Assembly: GCA_964270895.1 (NCBI GenBank)
Contig: OZ185442.1
Length of the DNA: 64,000 bases
Reading direction: 5' to 3' (one strand)
DNA from: Podarcis filfolensis
Lineage: Eukaryota
The position numbers were made by a program, and so were the translations under genes. Each line of letters starts with the position of its first letter. The stretch's first letter is position 1. Under the pieces are notes generated by a model, which ran no database searches, was not told where the DNA came from, and saw only the letters and a program-made list of their open reading frames with translations. Below are positions 1 to 13,400 of this stretch, in pieces.

Positions 1-1000
1 GCTCAGCCTCGGTGGCTCCGTCTCCGGACCCCGCGCACATGGCAGAGCCCCCCGATCGCCCACAGCCCGCGCCGCTCACCGCCTGCTGGAGTCAGCGCAA
101 CGCCTAGATCTTGGGCGAGCGAGAAAGAACCTCGCCCTGGACTGGTTGCTCTCCAGCATCCTTAGGAAACGCCACCGCAGGAGCTGAAAGACAGGTGTCA
201 GGAGAGCTAGCTGGCCGCCCTCGCTGTCTTGTGCCTTCCTCGTGAGACTGAGCTCCGTTCCGGCTCCCTTTAAGCGCGCTCGGGCTCCCGAGCAGGCGCC
301 GGGCTGCCGGCCTTAAATAGCGCACAGCTGGAGCTTCTGGAGCCAATCACAGGGGCCCCCAGCCCGCCTTTTCAGAGTCGCCTCCGCCGCCGCCACCACC
401 ACCGCCGGGCTCCTGCTCTTCCTCTTCTCTCCGCCGAACGCCGCATCTGCTTTTCCGCCTGCTCCTGCTGCTGCTTTTCGGTGAGCCTCCCTCCCCCCCC
501 CCAAGCTCCACCTTCTCGGGCTGCTTACTGAGCAGACGTGGTCGAAGCGGCTGTGGAAACGGCCCGGCGGATTGGCTGGCCTGCTGGGAAGTGCCCGCCT
601 CGGTGGCTTGGCGAGGAAGAGGCAAGGCTCTGGGCGGCTGCAGGGGGGCCGGGGGCGCAGGAAGGCGGCGAGCGAGGGCGGCCGCCAAGGAGCCCTGGTC
701 GCACTCGGTGGCTCAGGAGGCAAGTGAGCCAGGAAGTCCGGGGGGCCAGAGCTTGAAGCGCTTGAGCGCCGGCCGAGAGGCGTCCCGGCCAGCGGATTCC
801 CTCCAGGCCTCTCCTGCGGGGTTTGGTCCTCAGCCTGAGCCAGTGCGGGCGCTTCTTGGAGGCAGGCGGCTGGAAGGGAGCTGGGGGGCCCTGCAGCCCA
901 ATGTCGCGTGTGTCGTGAGCTGCTGCCTTTCCGCTTCCTGCCTTTCGGGCGTTGGGGTGCTCGGACGTGTCCTTTCAGTAAGTGCTGCTTTGCAAAGGGA
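1..1000. promoter_or_regulatory. CpG island, probable bidirectional promoter (ANKRD27 on +; divergent gene on -, probably RGS9BP)
   Basis: Very GC- and CpG-rich. CCAAT at 343-347 and ATTGG at 571-575; TATTTAA on the - strand at 313-319. Candidate + strand donors at 481, 724 and 978. RGS9BP is head-to-head with ANKRD27 in human. Confidence 0.75.
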
Positions 1001-3305
1001 GTGAAGTTGCAGCAGGGTGATGCAGAAAAGTTCAGAGGGGAAGAAGCGTTAGGGGCTTATCGCTTCTCTTGAGGCAGTCCCTGGAAAGTGTTTGGTGTGT
1101 GGCCTGAAATATCCTTGACTGGAGAAGAAATAGGCAGCTGAAGATGTGTTTGAAATGAGTTTCTGGCTACATAACGTCCCTTGCTGGTAATAGATATTAA
1201 GCCGAGTCAACCACGGGGATTATAACTAGAGACTTCATCGGGAATGAGCAGCGGTGCAATCCTGCATGTTTTACTTTGAAGCAAATGCTACTGAGCTCTA
1301 TGGGGCTTGCCCCCAAGTAGTTATGCATAGGATTCTGAAAAGAGGAGTTCTTGCAATGTGGGTACTTTCTGTCCACACAGGAAGTTGTGGTCTGCAGTCT
1401 TTCCAGTGTGGGCTTCTCTGTAACTCCTCTGTGGAAGGACATCTTTGAATCCCTTGGGCATTTTTGAAACATTAAGCAGTTCATAAATGCTTTAAATTCA
1501 CATAAATAAATACATGGGTAAACTTAATTTTTTTGGATGGAAAACAGGATACAGTATTGATGGTACCTTTTATGTAAAGCAGCTAAAAGCACATATTCTA
1601 AAATACCCACCATGACATAGTATCCTTCTAGCAGGCAAACACAGTAATTAAGCAATTAAGACAGTAACCCTATATCAATTTACCTAGGAGTAAGTCCAGT
1701 GGAGCTTCCTGCCGTGTAGGCATGTATAGAATTACATTATGCCATCCCATAGACTAGTGTTCAAAAGACTAGAATCCTGCTCTTGTCTGCTTTGATGCGA
1801 GGTCCACTAAATTCAGTTTTATCTTATTTCCAATAAGTATAGGATTTTTAAGGAGGCAATGCATAGTATCTGCTCAGAGTAAGCCCCCTGCTGAACTTGG
1901 TGGGGGCCCGACTCTGAAGAAACTTGCATTTATGTTGGGTTGCATGCCTGTAATTCTAGACACACTCATTTAGGAATAACTCCCAATGCAGGCACCTGCT
2001 GCTGAGTAAACATGGGTGAGAACACGATGACTTAAGTGATATGTAGGCCATGTTCTCAAAGTGAAACTTTTATTTGTAATTTTCAAGATGCCTTGCATAA
2101 TACAAAGAAACAAGTGTAATAAAGCATTTTTATTAAGAGTTTTGACGAATTCTGGGCGTGAGGTGGGGGACCCGATGACTTGTGTGTAAAGAGTAGTATA
2201 GTTCACATCCAAGCAGAAGCCCAATTCTTCATTTACTAGCATTCACACACACCCTTATTTAAAGTTAAATGTTGGGGTTTGGTACCCTACCTTTTTATCA
2301 GTTGAGGGTTTTTATCTACATGGAGGTTGAGTTCCACTTGCTGTTTTGCTTAGATTCACTAGTTTTGTTTCCAAGATAGGGGCAGGCATTATGCTAAAAG
2401 CTTGTGTGTTAGAAAGCAGTGGCTGCTTGGAAGCAAGCGCACTCCTTGTATGTAGTTAACAAAACAACATAGGAAGCATCAGTTTTGAGTTACCAAAACT
2501 TATGCATGGAGCATTCCTAAGTAGAAAGTTGATAAGTCATGTGGCTGGGCATTTAAATCGGCACCACATCTTGTCAACTGACTTTTTCGGAAAGAGCTTA
2601 CACGTACACTGCTTTTGAAGTTTGTCAAAGCGGCAACTTCATCAGTGTTTTGAGTCAACTTATTTTGGGGGTGGGGTGGGGGATAAGGGCACGCCCCCAG
2701 ACCCGCAGCCCAGTGAAGATTGTGTCCTCACTGACCATATAATGCTGATCAGGGTGTGTGGGTGAGTGAGGGAGAGGCAGAGGCAGAGGGAGCGGGAGCA
2801 GAGTATTATGGAAGATGGCAGTGTGACCAGAGCATTCCACCCACACTACAGCTTCTTGTTGTAAATAGTCTGTTTTGAATAGTCTGTTTTGAAAGACCAC
2901 AAACTCTGCACTCTGAACTCCGTGGCTCAATTATCAAGTTGCATTATTGCATGCCTGTTTTGTAAGTTAAGTGGCAGCATGAACTTCATCAGATATTAGC
3001 TGCATAGATCTGTGGTGTTACAAATCTCTTAAGTGGCCCTACAGGTGGTCTTCATTTACTGCACTGAGAGCAGCAGGCACTTTCCTGATGCTGTGAGTTT
3101 CCTAAGTAGCTTGGGGAATGGGGAGGAAGCCATACTTAATTGTTTGTGTATATATAGATATATAGGTTGTTTTAAAGGCCTTGTTTGTTTTGCATTTTAA
3201 TTATGAATGTTTTGATGTTTTATGACATTGTTTTATTGCATATTTTAATTATGCGTGGTCATCCTTTTTAAACTGGCTTTATATTTGTAAACCACTAAAG
3301 CGGTG

Positions 3306-3340
<35 letters not shown>
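3306..3340. repeat. (AATC)n microsatellite ending an L2-like tail
   Basis: aatcaatcaatc... preceded by tgtaaaccactaaagcggtg. Confidence 0.9.
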
Positions 3341-6300
3341 TCACTGTATATTTTGGAAAGTGGTTTGTCTTGTCTTCTGTTTCTTCTCTATATATTCAGA
3401 CGCCTCTTGAGATATCGTTGCTAAACTTGGCACAAACATTCCTTCCCAAGATGGGGACTGCAGTCTTCATTGATGTTTAGATGCCAGGCACCATTTTGAA
3501 TCAAGATGGTGGACCAAAACATGAGTTTGGATTGGCAGCACCTTATTTTTGGTGTCACAGGTCCAAACTCACAAATTGCATTATCCATTTTAAAAAAAGG
3601 TTTCTAAAAATACCCATGCAGCACTGGGCACTTCCTGCTAGTCAAATAATGATGATGATGATATAATAATATAGAGGATTTCCTGAGGGGATCTGTCTGA
3701 CATCATAGATGATACGGTTACCACCAGTGGGCCAAATAAAAGTGAGTACAATTAGAACTTAATGATTTTCAAAAGGTGGGAGTGAGCATTGGAGATAAAC
3801 TTCTTGGTCTGAAGCCAAAATACTGACTTTAGACACATTGGCATCTTAAAATACAGCTAGGTCTTCTTTTTCTCAATTTCACAGGATGCAACAGGATAGA
3901 TAGATAGATATAGATTGGAGCCAACATTGTGTGTACATGACTTCCCAAATAAGCGGTGGGTGTGCATTAGATTCAGAAAAGATGGGAGTGCATACCCAGC
4001 CTTTGTGGCATGGACTCTTCACTTCCCTGAGCAATGCAGATACGGGGTAGCTTGCTCTAAGTTTAGCTTTCTCTGGATTGGAGCGCTTAACTGTATTTCT
4101 TTGCTCAATCTACAAATAAACAAGTAAAACAGGAATGCAGAGAAAGGGCAGACACCCCATGAAGTAGAAGATCTATTACACCATATCAAATCCCCAGAGA
4201 ACAGGCCAGACCCCAGATATACTTCTAGCATTTAGCTAATTCTGACTGCTCTGCCTCATTTATGCCCAAACTATTGCTCAGCCCCTTCCATTAACTGATG
4301 TGTATGGAGTCACCACCTTGAATCTTTGGCTATCTCTTCAGACACAATGGAGGGATGATTGACTATCTCATAGCAATTGGTTCCTATCAGCTGGCCATTA
4401 AGAGTAGTAGGCCAGAAGCTGTAAAGCCATGTACAGCTTAGGCAGGGAACTTTTCAGCTCAAGTGTCACATTCACTTGTGGGGGCCACATGCCATTTGTG
4501 GGATTGGCCATAGGCAAATGTGGGCAGAGCGACAAATGTGAATTTTATCTTTGTACAAGAGGCTAAATTCTACACATACACACCCCTCTCTGTCCTTCAT
4601 TCACACAAGCTAGAAGCATTATCAGAAATCAGGAACATAGTTCTGCCAGCAAAAACACTCAAGGAGGAATGCAAAGCAGAGCTAGTGAGGGGTGTTGCCT
4701 AAAAACCAGGGTGTGTGGCCTGGGGCGAGGCCAATGGCTGGATAAAGGGGCCCTAGAAGGCTGCATTTGGCTCCTGGGCCTGGGGCTTCCCATCTCTGAT
4801 GTAAGAGAATAGTCTTATCAAATAGTACAGTTTTTAAATTAACTTGGTTATGTGTTGGGATATACAAGAATATTAAGTGGGTATGTTTTTCATAGACAGA
4901 ACTACTAGGCTTTTGCCTCAAACTTTGCAGGATATCCTGGGGTCTGACATGGTTGTGGGATGTACTTGAGATCATTTGCTTGCTTTAAATGAGGTTTTGC
5001 TTTCCTTTTCCCCCAGTCATTTGATGTTGTAGCTGTAAAAGAATGGATCCATTGAAGTTTAGTTTAACTGCCTTAGTCATTGTGAAAATGCTCTGCTTAA
5101 CAGATGAAAAAACAGACCCTTCTTTAGCCACCCCATAAACTTAACAATGTCAGAAGATGACTCATCCACACAAGTGACCTTGAAATATTTCCTGAAAACA
5201 TGCTTGATTGTCTTGCATTGCTAAACCTGTTTAGAGGTGGGCTTGTGGCATTTATGCGAGAACCATCCAACAAATGTGAACTGCTAGACATGCTGTGAAA
5301 TGTTTGTTTGCCAAGCAGGGTAATATTGTGTGGTATCGGCACATGACCACATCCAGTAACACATGTTAAAAAAAATAATCTAGTGATAATCCTTCTTGGG
5401 GTATAAGAATATAGGTTCAGGGATACATAATTTTCCATGTTAATGTTCTAGGAGGAGAGGACTAGGCTAGTACTTCCTTACATAAGGAGGGAGCCTTTTT
5501 TATATGCAAGAGCATTAATCAAGTGATTCCTTCACATGCTTTTCTGGTGGCTGTGTCATGTGGTTTTCTTCTAAACATCTAACATGGCTTTGGCTCTAGT
5601 TCAAATTTTCTTCTGTGAACTTGGGCTAAATGCAATCCCTCTGCCTACCCTACATTGGAGAGTGGTGTTGACTGTAAAAAGGGGATAACCCTCTGTTTTC
5701 CTGAGCCACTCTGAGAAAAGACGTAATGCAATGCTAAAGGTATCACAACACACCTGCTAAGTGTGAATCCAGGGCAGATAGGGGGCCTAGGGTTGCATCT
5801 GACATATTCCCCTGTTTTTCCATATTCTACATTATTCAGCACTCTTCTCTGAACCTTTTCTCAAGTTAGACTATTTCCATCTAGAATGGCTATTAGTATT
5901 ACTACCACAACCCCTTCTAGGATTTTTACTCTTCAGGAATCATAGTAGTTTGCTGTGCCAAGATAACCCCAAATCCCCATCAGAACTGGTCCCTGTCTCT
6001 GCAGGTCATCAACCCCTATCTAATAGTTTTAACTGTCAAGTTTTGAATTGTTTTAACCAGCTCTGATTGGTTGCTGGGTCACCAGGAGGCTGACCATGGG
6101 TATGTCCATCAACTCCCCGCAGCATAAAGTAAACTAAGGAAGAATGAAGTGTTGGAGAGAAGATGTAGTCTGCCAGCTGGTTCTGGGAGCAACTGTTAGT
6201 GTGGCTTGGCTTGTATCTGTTCTGTTGCTACTAAGCAGTTTAGACTTGTCACTTGCAGCGTGTAATCCCATATGCTGGGAATTGCCTGCTGTCTTGCCAT

Positions 6301-6888
6301 CACTTGGAACTACTTCTTCTGGCCCATCAGAGCTACCATCTGTCAATATCAAAACTACTTTATATCACTGTCTATTTGCGTTATGATCCCATCTGCATTT
6401 GGCCATGAGCTATGGATGCTACACTTATAACTAAGCAGCAGCGTTCACAATTAAAAAGCACCAATCGCTTTTGCCCTTAGAATGATTGTAGCTGTTGGTA
6501 CTGTTTGGCTTATAAAGTTATGTTGTGTTTACTAGTTAGTGGCATCCTTCAGGTTTCTCTTAGCAGCTTCAAACTGGGCATCTTTGCTTGATCTATTCAA
6601 GACTATACAGAGATTCTGAACTCCAAATTTTCTTGAAATGGGCCTGTCCTAATCAATAGGCTTTTTCAAGAGGCTTCAGCTGTGTCCCAGAGCATAGCCT
6701 CATGCACTGGGTAGAGTAGCAGTGGGGAATCCAATTAGGCCTGCCTGGTCTCCCCATTTAGCCCACAGCATGGTTTGGACCATGCCATGCCCACCTGTCC
6801 ATCACCTGATGAGATACTGTCAGACACAGGACATATCAGCCCTTAGGGCCAAATTGTAAAGGAAGAATAAAGAACTTCCTTTTAAGTA

Positions 6889-7696
6889 CCATATTTCGCT
6901 CCGTAAGACGCAGCTGACCATAAGACGCACCTAGTTTTTAGAGGAGGAAAACAAGAACAAAAATATTCTGAATGAAACAGTGGATGTATGATTTTTGTGG
7001 TTCATGCTGTGGCCACAGACATGTGATCTGATGGTGAATTTGGGGTGACCCAATGCAAAAATCCTGAGGATCCATGTGGATGTGTGCTTTGTAACCACAT
7101 TTTTGCGCCATTGCAGCCCCAGGAAACAGTGGGTGCGTGATTTTTTTGGTGCAGGCTGTAGCCATGGACATGCTATGTGATCTGATGGTGAATTTGGGGT
7201 GACCCAATGTAAAAATCCTGAGGATCCATGGGCTTTTACCTCCCCCCCTTCCCAGGCAGCTACCACTAGCATCCCTTATCTCTCTTCCGATCCCACCAAT
7301 CAGCTGTTTCCTTTCAACACTCCCTTCCCTCTTGTTTGCCTTAGTGTAGTGACTTTTCCTTAGCTGGAGCAGTTTTTTGCTCCTCCTTTTCTTCTAATTT
7401 CTCTCCTTGTTGCTTTAGTCTTCCTGTTTCCCCCCTTTGCAAGTTTGCTGTCTTTTCCTCCTCCCTCCCAGGCAGCCTCCATCATCTCTAGCATCCCTTA
7501 TCTTTCTCCCCAATCAGGAAATGATCAGTGGCTTTGTTTCAACACCCACTTCCCTCTTACAAAAAAAAGCATGATCTGCTTTTTGCCCCTGGGCAATTTG
7601 GCTCCAGGGACCACGCATTTGCTCCATAAGATGCACAGGCAATTCCCCCTACTTTTTAGGAAGAAAAAAGTGCGTCTTATGGAGCAAAAAATACGG
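6889..7696. mobile_element. Non-autonomous TcMar-Tc2-like DNA transposon (MITE)
   Basis: TIRs ccatatttcgctccgtaagacgca ... gtgcgtcttatggagcaaaaaatacgg with TA at both flanks; internal ~57-bp direct duplication. Confidence 0.8.
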
Positions 7697-8774
7697 TATG
7701 TGCCTCTTTGCCCTCACCTTTGGCATCTGAGATGTGTGTTTTAAGGTCCACCCTATTATGTAGCTGTAATCTATTTTAACCATTCTGAATTCTAAATGGT
7801 TGTAACCTGGCCTGGGACCTGCTGGTGAATGATGGGTAATAGCTTTAGTAATAATAAATGCTCTTCTGATTGTGCCATTCCTGTTGCGGGCACTTTCTGA
7901 GTGTGCAGCAACAAGAAAAAGGTGCCAAATTAAAAAAGGACCAGATTACAACTGGAAAGGAAGAGAGGCTTGAATTAAAGATTGGACTGCAAAGGGAGCA
8001 TTGTGGGGCATGCTTGGAGTGCACTCCTGATCCTTGGGTTCAGAGTTGGATCACCTGATGTCAGATGATTGACAGGTAGGCAGGCACTCCCACTTGTCCA
8101 AGTGGTCCATGGAGAGTGGGCCTGCCAGTTGGATCCAGTTCCCCACCCCTGGGGCAGAGAGAGGGCCTCAGCTGAGAAATCTTTAAGCCTGGTTGTAGGT
8201 GGTTTCTCTTCCTCTAAACCAGGAGCCATACAACTGAATGGCATGGGGAAAAGGTGCTTCTGCTTAGGGGCCCTTATGATGGGGGAAAAAACCTGTGGTC
8301 CCTGTTCACTTACAACTTTTTTGTTTGGTGGTGGTGGTGGGATTTGGCAAACTAAATTTTCACCCAAGGAAGCAAAATAGCATGAATAGACCCTACCGGT
8401 GTTTTGTTTTTTAAATGGAGGGAATAGGAAACTTAAGATTCTAGGATGGATTCTGAAGTGGGCAAGATTGGTTGGGAAGGGTTGAACATGACTTGAGACT
8501 GAAGGCTTGGTTGTGAGTCTTGGAAGACCTGCTCCTTGCCTTGTAGGCCTTTCCCCACCTGGTCTAGGAGGGTGGGGCCATGACAGATGCCTGCTACAAA
8601 AGCTGAGGGCCAACAAACTATTGGGCTGGGGTATTGTTAGGAGTAGTTGTTGTTGCTGTTACTGATTTTAATTTTTTGTATATTTATTTTGTATCTTTAT
8701 TATTATATATGTGGCAATTGTTCAATTTGGTTGTGTACTTTTAAAGGTTTTATTTCTTGTTTTGTTTTGCTTTC

Positions 8775-9107
8775 AATATAAGCTGCACCTTTAAAATTGG
8801 AGGGGGGGGAGAAAAAAAAAGGAAAAATACCTGAATATAAGCCGCTCCATTCCTCATTGCTCCTGGCTGCATACTTGGGGGGGGGGGCTGCGCTGTTTTG
8901 CCGATGGCCTTTCCCCTTCCTTGCTCTCCCCTGGCCTTGGGGGAGAGGACAGGAGACTATGCACGGGGCAGGCGCCGCTTTGCTGTGCTCCTGGCACTGT
9001 TTGCCAGGCTGCATACCATAAGGTTGCGAATATTGTATAAGCCACACTTTAACTTTGTATGGTCAGAATTTTGGGGGAAAGTGAGGCATATATTCAGGCC
9101 AATACGG
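8775..9107. mobile_element. TcMar-Tc2-like MITE, left end eroded
   Basis: Right end atatattcaggccaatacgg-ta; repeated aatataagc(c/t)gc subterminal motifs at the left. Confidence 0.6.
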
Positions 9108-9466
9108 TATGTATTTTTTCATGTTGTAAACTGCCTTGAGCATGGTTTTAACTGTCCCTGGCAAGAAGAGAAATTAAAACTTGAGTATACAATGGAAGCA
9201 TAGACAAAGGCTGTAGTCAGTCCTCTGGTATGGTGGTGTTCTTGCTTTCCTTTTCGTATTTCATAACCTTCAGCTATATATTGAAGCAGAGCTTAGTGTT
9301 TCCTTTATGGTGCAATACAGGAAAGTAATTGGTCTAAACTGTTTCTGATCCATCAGGGGCCAGTGAATAATTAATAAATAAGAATACTAATGATTTTATT
9401 CAGGAATTATTTCCAATTCAGTAAAAAGTAGTAAAACAACTGCATATATAAAAACAAAATGACAAT

Positions 9467-9469
<3 letters not shown>

Positions 9470-9507
<38 letters not shown>
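9470..9507. repeat. (TA)n microsatellite
   Basis: Directly visible in the sequence. Confidence 0.95.
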
Positions 9508-9512
<5 letters not shown>

Positions 9513-10232
9513 ATTTAAAATCCAACTGGGGATAACAGTCTCTACTGAGAAGACCTTTTAGAAGAGGAAAGTGAATGATTGGTGGATCCCTGGTGTCTGG
9601 TGTTACAAGGGACTGAGTTGGGATGGTGACATCTATTCCAAGGCATAGAAACAAACACCCCTGGTCTCCTGTCACATAGTCTGGAAAACACCCAGGACAT
9701 TTTGCTGCTTGAGGTGGGAAAAGGATGGGGTGGCACCCGTTCCTGTCCATATGCAGAAACCTACCAAACTGTTGGTTGACTTTCTTCAACACTGGTGATG
9801 GGGCAGCTGCCTCCACTGCCCCTGAAGGCAGCAACACTTAGCTTGGAGGGGGCACAGGTCAGATTCCTTGGCACATACAGGTTGCATACTGTTCCCTGCC
9901 TCCCAACATTTGCTGCCTGAAACAGTTGCCTCCTCACTCTGCCTAATACTAGAGTTGGACCTAAATGCACCTTTTTCTCCAGTCCCCCTAGAATTTGACT
10001 TTTTCATACTCTTCTATATAATTGTGTACACGGAAATAGTGGTACATAATTATGCAAATGGTTGAGAGGGGTATTGTGGTGCAGTCCTATGTAAACAAGT
10101 GCCATTGAGTTCAATAGGGCTTTCTTTGATGTAAGTGCTTATAGGATTGCAGCCTATGTCTGTGGGAAGAATGATGGGAAGTGTCTTTCTTCTGGTTACT
10201 AATGGTAGCAATTGGGTTTTGACCATGGAGAT

Positions 10233-10242
10233 CTCCCTCCCT

Positions 10243-10282
<40 letters not shown>
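10233..10282. repeat. (CTCC)n(CT)n tract serving as polypyrimidine tract of the ATG exon
   Basis: ctccctccctccctccctctctct... immediately before ctgctttctag. Confidence 0.9.
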
Positions 10283-10284
<2 letters not shown>

Positions 10285-10324
10285 TTTCTAGAAAGTCTCT
10301 AAATTGGATACTTGGGGGGTCCAT

Positions 10325-10426
10325 ATGGCTGTGTATGATGAAGACCTCTTGAAGAACCCTTTTTATCTAGCTATGCAGAAACGACGTCCTGATCTCTGCA
10401 GGAAAGTTGCAGAATTCCACGGAATT
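10325..10426 (+). CDS. ANKRD27: ANKRD27 coding exon 1 (start codon)
   Basis: [34 protein letters not shown] followed by gtaagt; acceptor near 10291 after a (CT)n tract. Confidence 0.96.
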
Positions 10427-13400
10427 GTAAGTAAACTTGATGCCTTCAGAAAATGGGTCCTACAGCTTGGCAGGGAATGAGTTCGGACTTTGGGTTCAGG
10501 GGGTATATTTAACAGATGTGGAAAAATGGGCAAACTACACCTTTGCTGTGGTATACTATTAAGTTTCCTTGCTTTTTGCACCATCACACGTTGCACATAT
10601 GACAAAAGCATTAAAAAAGTGGAGGCATCTTTGGGAATGGGAGGAGGGTGTTCCTTGATGCCAATTCTTTATTCTAAAGATAAGTTTTGTGTAAAAAAAT
10701 ATTAAAATGTTTAAAGAGAAAAAGTGGAGGAGCTGTGCATAGTTGTAGAGAGACCACTCAGTGAGGTGCTTTTAAATGGTTGCCACAAGAGTTAGCCCTG
10801 TTATAAGAATATCTTTTGATGACTCTACATGGAGACTCCAGAATTTTTAAATCAACAATTTTTTAGATGGTTTACAATGATACTTGCTTGGTGCAATCTA
10901 TTCTTCTCTGAACTTGTGTCTGGCTGCCCTTGGAGGAAATACTGGGTGGTGTCCAATGCTACTTTTGGACAGAGTGGACCCATCGAAGTTCATGAACATG
11001 CTTAACTTAGGTTTGTCAAGTTTAGTAGGTCTACTCTGAGTAGGACTTGGTGGGATACAAAACATTGCGTCAAAGTATTAAGGGTTTGAGATATGAAGTG
11101 GTGGCTCTCGTGGCCTCCCACAATATAGTATTCCTTCCCCCAGCCCATTGCACCATGTCATGGTCTGTCCTCATTTGTGGTGATTGAAGATCACCTCCCG
11201 GTGAGTAATGGTTTCTTGATCTGTACTACATTACTGCCCAATTTCAAAACTTGGCATCTTAAAATAGTGTGGTCTGGCAAAATGTTAATACTTTAAGGAT
11301 TTATCGGTTTTGTGTGTGTGCGTGCATGCACCTGACTCCATGTTTACTACTTCTTTAGGTGCTAGTTCCATGCAAAGGAAGTCTTTCAAGCAGCAGCATC
11401 TCAGCTTGCCAGTTTGACTCCTACGTTCTGAAGTCTGTGGAAGAAAACTTTCAAACTGTGAATGGAAAGGTACAAAAAGTATTTTAAGGACAGGGATCTA
11501 GTGCAGTCTTGCACTGAGAGTGGTGGAGGCATCAGCCCACTCTGCAACCTCATGAAGTTCAGTGGAATAAAGGAATTCTAAAGAAATACAACAGTAATGC
11601 TTTAAGAGCTCAAACAGAGAAGGCTTCTTGCTCTAAAACTGATGGACAATCTTGCCCTTCCATCAAACATTTAAAAATCAATTCTGTAATACCATTTCAA
11701 AAGCGGAGTAGTGTGTTTTAACTTTTGGATTGCACTGTCTTGCTTTGGAGAAGCCGCCTTATCTTTCTCAAAATCTGCATGACTAATCACTATTCCTAAA
11801 TAATTGTTCCGCTTGCGTACTCCTCACGTTGATATTGATCTTTTTTCATTTGCCTTTCCCTTCCTCCTGTCCCTTTAGGAAGTCTTCATACAAGGAAGCT
11901 TGATCATCCTTGGGGCTGGCTTCAGCCCTCGTTGCTCAGTGCCTGTTCTTTTTGAGGAAACTTTCTACAATGAGAGAGAAGAGAGCTTCAGCATCCTTTG
12001 TATTGCTCATGCGCTAGAAAAAAATGAGAGTGAAGGTGAGTAGTAGTGCTCTTCTCAGCCAGCCCTTGGACTTCAACAAAGCCAACTCTAGGTATTTTGC
12101 TGCCTGAGGCAGATGGCAGGAGAGTCCCATTTTCCCTTCTGCTGCTCCATTCCATGTACATAATTGGATTGGACTGGCAATTGAACCTTTTTTCAACACT
12201 GGTGAAAATGCAATGCCTTCCACCACACTGGAGGGGGCTGCAGACTATATTAGGAGGTACATGGCAGGTACCCAAGAGGGAACAGGCTAGGTGGCTATCA
12301 CTGCCACTCCACCCTCTGCTGCCTGATGTATCTACCCTACTCTGCCTAATGGTAGGGCCAGCCTTGGGCAATAACACTTCTTTCAGGACCTTCATATACC
12401 ATGAGCAGACAGCTTATGTGATCTAGAAGGCAAGGTCAGAAGCCTTTCATAAGGCGACAAGGATGAGAGCTAGATTACCCTAGCAGGCTTGCATGAAGGA
12501 TCTTCATCCTGATTATTATTTCCTGGAAGAAATGACTCTTCAGAAGCCAGGAAAAGAGTTAAGAGGTCAGCAATAAATATGGGAGTCCTGGTTTCTTGCC
12601 ATGACTTTTTGCATCTGGCAACATAAATAAATCAATAAATAAGGAACTGCTGCTAATGCTAGGAGGAACTGCAGATCTTTCTGTGCACTGACAACTGCCC
12701 TCCATTTCAGAACAATCCTCAACGCCGTCAAACTGTTACTCCCTGAAAAACGTTGAAGATGTGAGAGAGTTCTTGGGGAGACATGCTGAAAAGTTTGATA
12801 AAGCCATTGCATCTTTCCACAGGACTTTCAAGGATCATGACAGGAAAATCCTGCGGCACTACATAGTCAGTATCTCTGTTTTCAGCCTGCCTTAGTCTGT
12901 TGCAAATGCCTATTGCAAGAAACATTCTCCCATTTCTTACGCAGGAAGAATGCCTCTTCTGTGCCATGTATGCATGATCTAAAAAAAAAGTACATATTGC
13001 TTCAAAAGTTTATCTATATGCAAACCTGTAGCTATATGCAAGTCAATGTAGATTAACTAAAATGTTGATTAACCCATTTCAGATACCTTTAAAAAAATTG
13101 AGTTGCAGCCTTAGTTACTGCTCGCTGCTAGATTACTTCATAATGAGAATGGCTCAAGTGCAACTCTAGAATAAATAAAGCACAGTAACCTACTTGATTG
13201 AAATGTGCTCTGCACCCACATGAACTAAACCTTTGGAAGATTAATCTGGAACCTGTACCTCCTCAAAGAATGCACTGGCACTCCACCCAGTTAAGCAACT
13301 TGGACTCTCCTCATGTCTTTCTTAAATGTTCTTTCTCCCCCATCCCTGCAAGGGCCCTCTACCTAGACATGTTGACGCAGTGGCCCAGTTAGGATGGCAC

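Noticed and set aside
104-1004. Multiple overlapping ORFs in the 5' CpG island
   Set aside because: GC-rich sequence is depleted of stop codons; none resembles RGS9BP or ANKRD27 protein.
7975-8616. 213-aa - strand ORF
   Set aside because: No recognisable domain, low complexity, intronic and antisense to ANKRD27, with no splice support.
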